Source: an uncultured Gemmatimonadales bacterium
GTDB taxonomy: Bacteria; Gemmatimonadota; Gemmatimonadetes; Gemmatimonadales; GWC2-71-9
DNA length: 64,000 nt
Assembly (NCBI GenBank): GCA_963828735.1
Contig: CAWHFW010000005.1
Span: 2,272,001 to 2,336,000 of the forward strand
Reading direction: 5' to 3'
Positions 39,596 through 47,771 of this stretch are shown one piece after another. Below the pieces are notes generated by a model, which ran no database searches, had not been told where the DNA came from, and worked only from the letters and a program-made list of their open reading frames with translations. Within the stretch, counting starts at the first letter, position 1, and each line of letters opens with the position of its first letter. Both the position numbers and the translations under genes were made by a program.

Positions 39596-40849
39596 CTAAT
39601 AGATGTGCAGCTTGCTCAGGAGGGCATACCAGTCATCGACGCATTCGAACAGGTCCTTGTTGTGCTTGATCATCTTGCTGCGCATGTAAACGCGGAGCCA
39701 CTGCTTGTACATGTACAGCTCATAGCGATCGAACTTCTCACCAAGTGACAGGTCAGGATGCGCGATGAGTCCCGCGAGGAACATCGCACACTCGAAGCCC
39801 AGCGAAATCGACTGAAAGTACGGCGACCCGATGGCCGAATCGCCGGCCAGGAACACCGCCGACCCGGTGAACGGGTGGTCGCCGGGTCCCGCGGCGCGCC
39901 ATTGCCGGCTGGTCGCATTGCGAGCCCGGTACAGATCCAGGGGCAGGCGCATGATCTCCAAGTCGCCCAGTATCTCGCCGTGGGTTTCCTGCTTGATCTT
40001 GTCGATGAAGTGGTCCATCGATCGGGCGACACTGGGGAAGTTGCCGCGAAGCCACGGGCCGTCGAACTGTCGCGGCATCGCCTCGTAGTCCTCGGCGGTG
40101 ATCTTGACGATGCCCGTCACGTGGCTGATGCTGCCGTCGTAGAACGTGCGATGGACCGACGGAATGAACTTGTAGGACGGGTTCTCGATGTTCTTGTAGT
40201 ACTTGCAATACTCGTTGCAGTCGTACGGCTGGCCGTACAGAAAGGTGATGACGAGCGCGTATTCGAGCCGGATGTTGTGCGTGCTCGCGCCCTCCACCGC
40301 ATCAAACCCGGGCTCCAGGTGGTCTCGAAACAGTGACTTGCTGCCGGTACAGTCGATCAGGATGTCCCCCGGCTCGAGCATCGCCATGGCGTCCTGTGCC
40401 GTCAGGGTGGCCGCGGTGCGCTGCACCGGAGTCGCCCCGCGGGCATCGATCAGATCGCTGAGGGAGTGCTCGATCGCGTTGAGCGGACAGAACCCCTGGG
40501 TCCACTGGCGAAGAAGTGCCATCAGGTCCGAAGGAATGGACCGTCTGAACACGAGACCCTGCTCGAGCTCCGATGGCTCGAAGACGGCCTCGATATTCTC
40601 TCCATCGATGTAGTCGGTACAGTAACTCTCGACCGAATCCGCCACGAGGTACGAGGCGAGCTGAACCATTCGGGTACGAGAATACTCGCGTCGCTTCTCG
40701 TAGAGGCGCACGGAGAACCCCGCCAGCGGCTGGAGCAAGGTCGTCAGTAGAAGGCCCACGGGTCCTGCGCCGACGACATGCACTCGGCGACTGGATGGCA
40801 CGGTCTCGACGGTTGGAAAGCTGGATTGCGGAGGCACTCGCGTTCTCAC
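39596..40849 (-). CDS. FAD-dependent oxidoreductase/monooxygenase-like protein
   Basis: VVGAGPVG, YEKR, IDCTG, LAGDSA motifs. Confidence 0.75.
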   Translation of the reverse strand: MRTRVPPQSSFPTVETVPSSRRVHVVGAGPVGLLLTTLLQPLAGFSVRLYEKRREYSRTRMVQLASYLVADSVESYCTDYIDGENIEAVFEPSELEQGLVFRRSIPSDLMALLRQWTQGFCPLNAIEHSLSDLIDARGATPVQRTAATLTAQDAMAMLEPGDILIDCTGSKSLFRDHLEPGFDAVEGASTHNIRLEYALVITFLYGQPYDCNEYCKYYKNIENPSYKFIPSVHRTFYDGSISHVTGIVKITAEDYEAMPRQFDGPWLRGNFPSVARSMDHFIDKIKQETHGEILGDLEIMRLPLDLYRARNATSRQWRAAGPGDHPFTGSAVFLAGDSAIGSPYFQSISLGFECAMFLAGLIAHPDLSLGEKFDRYELYMYKQWLRVYMRSKMIKHNKDLFECVDDWYALLSKLHIY

Positions 40850-40916
40850 TTGAGCCGCTTGAACTCAGCGGACCTCGAATGTTACCAGGTCGTTCCGAGG
40901 GGGGAAGGGCCCTCGC

Positions 40917-41128
40917 CTGGAACTCGATGGGCCGTATACGCCTTCGGTGTTGGTGGATGCGAGCGCCGCGAACCCCAGCTCCGCGGCGGCTGTGGCTCTG
41001 GGCTCGAGACGCCGATGCCGAAGGAGAAATGGGTGTGGAGGTGGAGATGGCCCACGGGCGGCGCTCCAGTTTCGGTTTTTGTACGGTTTCTCACCCCGAA
41101 TCTACCTGTGGGGAAGAGGGTCAAGTCG
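40917..41128 (-). pseudogene. Decayed duplicate of the dnaE2 promoter and first ~48 codons
   Basis: Aligns by eye to 39295-39520 (HLHLHTHFSFGIGVSSPE identical), then small deletions and truncation. Confidence 0.9.
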
Positions 41129-41360
41129 CCCCGCCTCGGAGAAGGCGGAAACCATCTTCATGTGCGTTTCCGTCTCCTCTTCGGCTCGCCGTTCTATCGT
41201 TGTGCTTTCGCTGATCGGGGGAACGAGTGGCCAAGGCTCGTCAAGGCCACGGCATCCCTCAACATGGGTGCAGGCCGTGACAAGGGATCGGGCTACCTCC
41301 ACCGATGAGCCGGAGCCCAGCCGTCCTTGCAGCCCCGAATCTCCCACTGGCCTGAAGACC

Positions 41361-42719
41361 ATGAACCCGCCAGTACCGCCGTTGATGCGGCCAGACCCCA
41401 GGATCGTCAAGCTGGTCGCCGCTCTGGATCTCCTCTGCCTCGCCGCGTCGACCTCCATCTCGGCCGTCATCCTGCTCGGCTGGCAGGTACCTGCGGTGGG
41501 CCGGGCGCTGCCGCACGGGTGGTCGTTGATGAAAACCGAGTCGGCGCTCGGCGTGCTGCTGTGCAGCGCAAGCCTGGTGCTGGCCAGGGAGAGTCGCCGC
41601 CGCCCGCTTCTCGAGCTTGCCGGCCGGCTCTGTGCCGCGGTGGTCGTGTTTCTCGCGACCGCCGCCATAGTCGAGCATTCGGGTATGCGCGTCATAGGAT
41701 TGTCGAGCGAGTGGTCGGCGGCGGGGCCGATGTCGCTTCAGACCGCGTCCTCTTTCGTGCTGCTGGGGCTGTCACTGGTCATCGACCGCACACGGTGGCG
41801 CCTGCTCAGCCACGTGGTGCACTTCCTGATCCTTGCGCTCCTAATGCTCATTCTGGTCGTCATCGCGGGGTACATGTTCGGGGCGTCCGATCTGGTCGGT
41901 CAGTCACCTAATATCCGCATGTCACCGCAAACCTTGGTTTGCATGGCGTTGCTGGCTTTCGTCCGAGTCAATCGCGCAGCCTCCCACGGGGCATTTGCCA
42001 TCATGCTAGGCCCAGGCATGGGGAGCCAGGTCGCCCGGATCATGGTGCCGTCATCGGTAGTCCTGAGCTACGTGATCATTCGTGCCGGCGACCGCCTGCT
42101 CGAGACGGGCACACTGACCTTGCCCTACGCTGGCGCTGTGACCGCAACGAGCATGGCGGCGCTTATACTGATCTTCGTCCTGTTGCTGGCCGGGAAGATC
42201 AACGAGCTCGAAGCGGAGCTGCACGGCATGACGCTCATCGACGATCTGACCGGACTCTACAACCGCAAAGGATTCTGGCTACTCGGCGAGCAAGCACTGC
42301 GCGATGCACGACGGGCGGCAGAGGCGCGGAGCGTGCTCTTCCTCGATGCCGACGGCTTAAAGCAGGTCAACGACACACTAGGGCACGATCACGGATCGGA
42401 GCTCCTGGTCGACATCGCCACCTTGCTGCGCGACACCTTCCGGGACAGCGACGTGCTGGGGCGAGTCGGTGGGGACGAATTCGCCGTCATAACACACGGA
42501 CACGATGGCGAGCTGACATCGGTGTTGCGTCGCCTGGACGAAGCGACCGAAGCGCTCAACCGGACGGGCAACAAGCCGTACCAAGTCAACTTCAGCGTGG
42601 GAGCGGTGGCGGCCCATGTGAAGAGCGCCGAATCGCTTGCCATGTTGTTGAACCGTGCGGACGCGGTAATGTACGACAAGAAGCGACAGCGGCGCGCTGC
42701 ACGCCGGGCCCCGTCTTAG
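41361..42719 (+). CDS. Multi-TM diguanylate cyclase
   Basis: About 8 hydrophobic segments, DDLTGLYNR, KQVNDTLGH, RVGGDEF; start uncertain. Confidence 0.9.
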   Translation: MNPPVPPLMRPDPRIVKLVAALDLLCLAASTSISAVILLGWQVPAVGRALPHGWSLMKTESALGVLLCSASLVLARESRRRPLLELAGRLCAAVVVFLATAAIVEHSGMRVIGLSSEWSAAGPMSLQTASSFVLLGLSLVIDRTRWRLLSHVVHFLILALLMLILVVIAGYMFGASDLVGQSPNIRMSPQTLVCMALLAFVRVNRAASHGAFAIMLGPGMGSQVARIMVPSSVVLSYVIIRAGDRLLETGTLTLPYAGAVTATSMAALILIFVLLLAGKINELEAELHGMTLIDDLTGLYNRKGFWLLGEQALRDARRAAEARSVLFLDADGLKQVNDTLGHDHGSELLVDIATLLRDTFRDSDVLGRVGGDEFAVITHGHDGELTSVLRRLDEATEALNRTGNKPYQVNFSVGAVAAHVKSAESLAMLLNRADAVMYDKKRQRRAARRAPS

Positions 42720-42793
42720 GACCCAGCGCGAGGGGGGCCGCGGCCTCATCCTAGATCCCGGATTCCGATCACTTCGAAGGGGAGTCAGCTACA

Positions 42794-43082
42794 GCGGGTG
42801 CGACAAGGAGGCACCAGTTCCTCTTCGTAGGCGTCACCGGCGGGCCAAACGACCGGTGGGTTTCCGACAGGGTTCGTGCGCAAGGGGCAAGACCGACTGA
42901 TTCGCGACCCCTTTGCCTGCCTGGTTCTCAGGCCTGATGAGCAACGGTCCTTCGGCCAACCTTCGGGGCGCCTTCGTAGTGCAAGCCCGTCGCGGGCCCG
43001 TCGCTTATCCTCTACGTCGGCGCCGGGAGACTGGGCAGAACCCTCGGGCGACCTTTGCGGAATGCAGTCGGTGGGTACCCGC
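42794..43082 (+). ncRNA. Candidate large structured RNA with pseudoknot (family not recognised)
   Basis: Manually identified closing stem, long-range stems, two cUUCGg motifs, 12-bp loop-distal pairing; no credible ORF. Confidence 0.5.
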
Positions 43083-43210
43083 GGCGCGCCGGGCTGCGCC
43101 GGAAGCCGCCGGGGGAAATTCTGGCAAGCCACGAATTCACCGTAAGTTGTGGCGGCGTTTCAGACCGGCCCAACGAAGCGCCACGATCCTTGCCGTAGAG
43201 TGGCCCACCC

Positions 43211-43984
43211 ATGATTGAGCATCTTGTCACCCGGTTCGAGGCCGCCCGCCTCGATCGCCACCAGCGCGACCTGCGCCGGCGGGAAGAGGCCGCAATCGCC
43301 CGCCTGGGAGAGAAGACCCTGGCGGATGGCGGCGGTCGAAGCGGCCGGCTGGCCTCCCTGGCGTCCGAGGCGGCCGCGGCGCGCGGCCGATTGCAGGCCA
43401 TCGCAGCCGGGCCCGGCGCATCGCCCTCGGCCGCCTCTCGTCAGCGGACCGAGGCGCTCGAACAGCGACTCTACCAGATCCACCTGACGGCCGGGCGCCT
43501 GGCGCTCGCCATGCCGCCAACCGGCGCCGAAAGCGAGGTCCTGGCCATACGCGCCGAGATCGCCGAGGCCGCGAGCGAACGGGACCGGCTGCGCGGGGAA
43601 GGGCATCGCCTCATCGAAGACACATGGGCGCAAATCCATTCGTGGGTTGTCCCGCGGTGGCCTGCCCTCAGCGCCATGGTGGTGGGCTGGTTGATCGCTC
43701 ACAGCTACGCGGGATCGCACACCGAAGCGATCCTGGCCACGGTCGGCTTGAGCGTCAGACGGCGGGGTGCGCACCTGGTGAGCGTGCCGGTCGATACTGC
43801 CCTGGTGCACTACGGTCTCCCGCTGGTGGTGGCGGCGCTCTGCGCCTACGTGGCACACCGACTGGTCGGCAGAGTGCGCACCGCGGTCGAAACCGTTCGC
43901 GCCCGATCCAACGATGCTACGCGCGCGGCGGCGGCCGACACCCGTGACCCGCGCACCCGGCGCGTACCCGAGAAGGCGCGTTAG
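43211..43984 (+). CDS. Hypothetical coiled-coil plus 2-TM protein
   Basis: 257-aa ORF, helical N-terminus, two hydrophobic segments. Confidence 0.65.
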   Translation: MIEHLVTRFEAARLDRHQRDLRRREEAAIARLGEKTLADGGGRSGRLASLASEAAAARGRLQAIAAGPGASPSAASRQRTEALEQRLYQIHLTAGRLALAMPPTGAESEVLAIRAEIAEAASERDRLRGEGHRLIEDTWAQIHSWVVPRWPALSAMVVGWLIAHSYAGSHTEAILATVGLSVRRRGAHLVSVPVDTALVHYGLPLVVAALCAYVAHRLVGRVRTAVETVRARSNDATRAAAADTRDPRTRRVPEKAR

Positions 43985-44094
43985 TCGGGATCGAACGAAT
44001 CCCACCCTCAGCGCCTGAAGTGAAGTCCACATGGTTGGAATGAGCGCCGCCCGGAAGGCCTCCGCCGGGCGGCCGTCTCGATGGGAGGTGCTGG

Positions 44095-44451
44095 CTATCG
44101 GGCGTCGAAAACCTGGCGGATCTCCGATTCGCCCTCCCATCCCTTCCAGTGCTGCCGGTGCAGCTCCATGAAGCGCTCGCTCCATTTGACCGCCTCTTCC
44201 TTCGACTTCACGTCGTAGACCGCATAGCCGCCGATCACCTCCTTCGCCTCGGTGAAGGGGCCGTCCGTCGTGGTCAGCTTGCCGCCGGCGAGTCGCACGC
44301 GGGCGCCCATCGCCGATGGAAAGAGCCCGCCGATCTCGACGAGCACGCCGGCTCGCGTGCCTTCCTCACCGAGCTTGCCGATCGCGTCGATCAACGCCTG
44401 AGGGGGCGGGGTCGGGCTCTCCGCCGACTTCACCATCGCCATGAACCGCAT
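44095..44451 (-). CDS. YciI/DGPF family protein
   Basis: MRFMAMVK, TDGPFTEAKEVIGGY, EIRQV. Confidence 0.92.
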   Translation of the reverse strand: MRFMAMVKSAESPTPPPQALIDAIGKLGEEGTRAGVLVEIGGLFPSAMGARVRLAGGKLTTTDGPFTEAKEVIGGYAVYDVKSKEEAVKWSERFMELHRQHWKGWEGESEIRQVFDAR

Positions 44452-44539
44452 CGTCGTCCTGCCTCTCGTTGGGGTTGCCTCGCGGCATCCGGCCGCTCCG
44501 GTTGCTCGGAGCGAGGGAGTCCTCCGGTCCTCCCCAAGC

Positions 44540-44566
44540 GACGAACGAGCGGTGTCCAGATCGACA
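44540..44566 (-). promoter_or_regulatory. ECF42-type promoter upstream of the DGPF gene
   Basis: Minus strand TGTCGA-17 nt-CGTC. Confidence 0.6.
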
Positions 44567-44668
44567 CGCCTCCAGATGGGTGGATAAGCCTCGCGAATAA
44601 GCCGAAGACGGTCGGTGGCGGCATGGGGGACGTGCACTGCGCACTTCCCCTCGGATTTGCTCAGGCCA

Positions 44669-45238
44669 TCACTTGGTGGTGGGGGGAACGGTCCGACCGT
44701 TCGTCCGAGCCCATCGAGGCGAGAGCGCGAGCACCTTCGGATAGACCGGGCAGCCCGGCGCATGCGCCCCGGGCAAATATCCGATACTCATGAGAAACTC
44801 GCCGACGATGTCGCCGCCCGTGAAGCGGAAGGTCTGCCTGAAGAGCTTCACCCACTCGTCTTTGGGACGCGGGTCGTGGGCGTCGAGCCAGCCGGCGAAG
44901 GAGCCATAGTCCTCGCGGAGCTGCAGAATCGTCGCTGCGTTCGCGATGGCCGCGTCCACCTTGAGCCGGTTCCGGATGATGCCAGGATCGGCGAGCAGCC
45001 GGCGACGGTCCCGCGCGCGATACGCGGCCACGACCTCGGGATCGAACCCGCCGTAGGCGCGCCGGAATGCCTCGCGCTTCTTCAGGATGGTGAGCCAGGA
45101 CAGGCCGGCCTGATTGATCTCGAGAACGAGCCGCTCGAAGAGCGCCGCATCGTCGGTGAGCGAGAAGCCGTATTCGGTGTCGTGGTAGGGCCCGTGCCAC
45201 TCGTGGCCCGGAGCGATATCGCAGTAGGTAGTACCCAT
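44669..45238 (-). CDS. tag: DNA-3-methyladenine glycosylase I
   Basis: YHDTEYG, LFERLVLEINQAGLSWLTILKKRE, IIRNRLK, H..GC. Confidence 0.93.
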   Translation of the reverse strand: MGTTYCDIAPGHEWHGPYHDTEYGFSLTDDAALFERLVLEINQAGLSWLTILKKREAFRRAYGGFDPEVVAAYRARDRRRLLADPGIIRNRLKVDAAIANAATILQLREDYGSFAGWLDAHDPRPKDEWVKLFRQTFRFTGGDIVGEFLMSIGYLPGAHAPGCPVYPKVLALSPRWARTNGRTVPPTTK

Positions 45239-45302
45239 CGACAGGCCGCCTTCGGCATTTGGTCGGAGCCCTGACGGAATATCTGGAGCACCCCGGGCTT
45301 AC

Positions 45303-45916
45303 TCAAGCGTCCGCGTCTCGCCGGCGACGGTAGTAGGCCGCAGCATTCGCACGGTTGCCGCAGGTGCGCATGTCGCACCATCGCCGAGTGCCATTCTTGG
45401 TCTGGTCCAGGAAATAGAGGACGCACGCGGGGTGCGCGCAGCGTCGGATCCGCCGCAGGTCGGCCTGACACAGCAGGTCCGCTGCCGCCTCGGCGATCGG
45501 TACCAGGAGGTCTACCGGGCGATCGAGCCGCAGGCCGCGCCGCGCGACGAACCCGTCGTCGCCGACAACCACCTCGGTGACGCCGGCGCCGCGTCGCAGC
45601 ACGCCGTTGATCGCGTCCAGCGTCGAGCGCGGCACCCGGCGGCCCGTCGCTGCGGCGTCGGACATGCGGCGAAGTGCGGTGCGAAGGGTCCGTGTCTCCT
45701 CGAGCAGCGCGTGGCCCGCCCGTTTGCCCCCCACTTCTCGTGTGCCGTCCGCGCCGTCGTCCGATCGATGGCACCGGCCTGCTCGAGCCAGCTCACCAAG
45801 TCGGCCAGGTCCGCCAGGAGGTCGCGGAGCCCGCCGTCCGCGACGACCTCGGTGTTGACGAAGTCGAGAGCGCGCTGCTTGACGATGAAGACGAACGGAG
45901 ATGCGGCGACGGGCAT
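45303..45916 (-). CDS. ABATE/CGNR zinc-finger regulator, frameshift in a G6 run near 45730
   Basis: ALDFVNT in one frame; CAHPACVLYFLD.TKN..RRWCDMRTCGNR in another. Confidence 0.85.
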
Positions 45917-46033
45917 GGTTGGGAGTATAAGGGTCTAAAGTCGTGTTGACCACTGAGCCACCGGGAACTATCAGCATCAAAATGGCATTTAGGGGATGAC
46001 GCCTCTCTCGTCTCGACGTCCAAGGATGGTTCC

Positions 46034-46180
46034 ATGGCCAGATTGTCCGATCTCATGCCCGACCACACCGGGCTAAACCTTGCCGACCTCGAGCAGTCCA
46101 TTGCCGCCTACGACGAGCTGCTGGAGTTGAAGGTGATTCAGGAATCGATGGCCGGTGCGCGGCCGTGTAGGTCCTTCTGA
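46034..46180 (+). pseudogene. Internally deleted VOC/glyoxalase gene remnant (48 aa)
   Basis: MARLSDLMPDHTGLNLADLEQSIAAYDELLELKVIQESMAGARPCRSF*; stop overlaps next ATG (TGATG). Confidence 0.6.
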
Positions 46181-47028
46181 TGGCGATCTATCACGAGGGG
46201 GAGCTCGAGGTCCAGCGGCGGGCGGGTGTGCTCGCGAACGCGGAGCGGGTGGGGCGTATCGTACGGCGGGAGATCCCCGACGTCGCGCGGGAGTTTGTCG
46301 CCGAGCGACCGTTCGTCATTCTCGGCGCCGCGGATCAGGACAACCGCCTCTGGGCAACGATGATGCGCGGCAAGCCAGGCCTGCTCTCGGTTTCCTCGGA
46401 GGACCGGCTCGTCATCGGCGCGCGTGTGAGCCTCGAGGACCCCCTCGCGCGTGCGCTCGAAGGCGAGGTGGACGTCGGCTTGCTCCTCATCGATCCGGCG
46501 ACTCGCAGGCGCATGCGCGTCAACGGGCGCGCGCGCCCCCTGGAGGGGCGTTGTCTCGAGGTAGCCACCCGCGAGGTCTACTCGAACTGCCCGAAGTACA
46601 TCCAGCCGCGGGATGTGGCGCCATCCACGTGGGAGGGGGCGCCGCCGCGCGTCGAGCGCGGATCCGCCCTGACTGACGCGCAGGCGGCCATGATCGCGAC
46701 GACCGACACGCTGTTTCTCGCGAGCAGGCATCCAGTCGCGGGAGCAGATGTTTCGCACCGCGGCGGGCAGCGTGGATTCGTACGGGTGACTACTCCCAAT
46801 CGTCTCCTGTTTCCCGACTACCAGGGGAACATGATGTTCAACACACTCGGCAACCTGGCGGTCAATCCACGCGCGGGCATCCTGGTCGTGGACTTCGAGA
46901 ATGGCCATACGCTGCAGCTGAGCGGGCGCGCGACCGTCGTGTGGGACGCCACGGTCGCGGCCGCGCTGCCCGGCGCGCACCGAGCCGTCGAGTTCATGAT
47001 CGACAACGTCGTCGGGCGAGGTTCGTAG
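46180..47028 (+). CDS. Pyridoxamine 5'-phosphate oxidase-like FMN-binding protein (tandem domains)
   Basis: YHEGELEVQRRAG, RRRMRVNG, NCPKYIQ, DVSHRGG, PDYQGNMMFNTLGN. Confidence 0.92.
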   Translation: MAIYHEGELEVQRRAGVLANAERVGRIVRREIPDVAREFVAERPFVILGAADQDNRLWATMMRGKPGLLSVSSEDRLVIGARVSLEDPLARALEGEVDVGLLLIDPATRRRMRVNGRARPLEGRCLEVATREVYSNCPKYIQPRDVAPSTWEGAPPRVERGSALTDAQAAMIATTDTLFLASRHPVAGADVSHRGGQRGFVRVTTPNRLLFPDYQGNMMFNTLGNLAVNPRAGILVVDFENGHTLQLSGRATVVWDATVAAALPGAHRAVEFMIDNVVGRGS

Positions 47029-47075
47029 TGAAGAACCGTCGGATCTCGCTGGCGGTCACCGCGAAGTGGCGGCGC

Positions 47076-47771
47076 TCAGTCCGCTTTGAGCCGGTAGCCC
47101 ACGCCCGGCTCGGTGAGCAGCAGGCGCGGCCGCGCCGGATCGACCTCGATCTTCTGGCGAAGCTGGGCGAGGTAGACGCGCACGTAGTGCGCCTGATTCA
47201 GATAGTTGGTCCCCCAGACTTCCTTCAGTAGCTGCCGGTGGGTGAGCACCTTGCCGGCGTGCCGCACCATCGTCGTGAGCAGCTTGTACTCCGTAGGAGT
47301 GAGGTGGACCTCCTGCCCGGCGCGCCAAATGCGCCGGGCGGGAAGGTCCACGCGGAGGTCGCCGGACTCGAAGACCGGCTCCGCCGGATCGCCGGCCGTA
47401 GCCGCGTGACGGAGGGCCACCCGGATTCGAGCGAGCAGCTCCTCAACGCCAAACGGCTTGGTCAGGTAGTCGTCGGCGCCGAGATCGAGCGCCTTCACCT
47501 TGTCCTCCTCGCGACCCCGCGCGGAGAGGACGATGATCGGCGTCGCAGTCCAGCCACGAAGCTCGCGTGTCACGTCGAGCCCGTCGCGGTCGGGGAGCCC
47601 GAGATCGAGCAGGATGACGTCGGGATTCCGGGCCGCCGCCTGCCCGAGGCCGTCCTTCGCCGTCTCCGCCTCGACCAGCCGATAGTCGTTGGCGCCAAGC
47701 GCGGTGCGGAGGAAGCGCCGCATCTGCGGCTCGTCCTCGATCAGGAGGATGAGGGGGGCGGGACGGTCCAC
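47076..47771 (-). CDS. kdpE: Response regulator KdpE
   Basis: IEDEPQMRRFL, LDLGLPD, GADDYLTKPF, HLTPTEY, TEPGVGYRL. Confidence 0.95.
   Translation of the reverse strand: MDRPAPLILLIEDEPQMRRFLRTALGANDYRLVEAETAKDGLGQAAARNPDVILLDLGLPDRDGLDVTRELRGWTATPIIVLSARGREEDKVKALDLGADDYLTKPFGVEELLARIRVALRHAATAGDPAEPVFESGDLRVDLPARRIWRAGQEVHLTPTEYKLLTTMVRHAGKVLTHRQLLKEVWGTNYLNQAHYVRVYLAQLRQKIEVDPARPRLLLTEPGVGYRLKAD

Noticed and set aside
42934..42941. CTGATGAG hammerhead-like core
   Set aside because: No correctly placed GAAA or stem II/III found
42798..43137. Group II intron (GTGCG start, GAAA hairpin near 43105)
   Set aside because: No valid domain V lower stem, no domain VI and no RT gene
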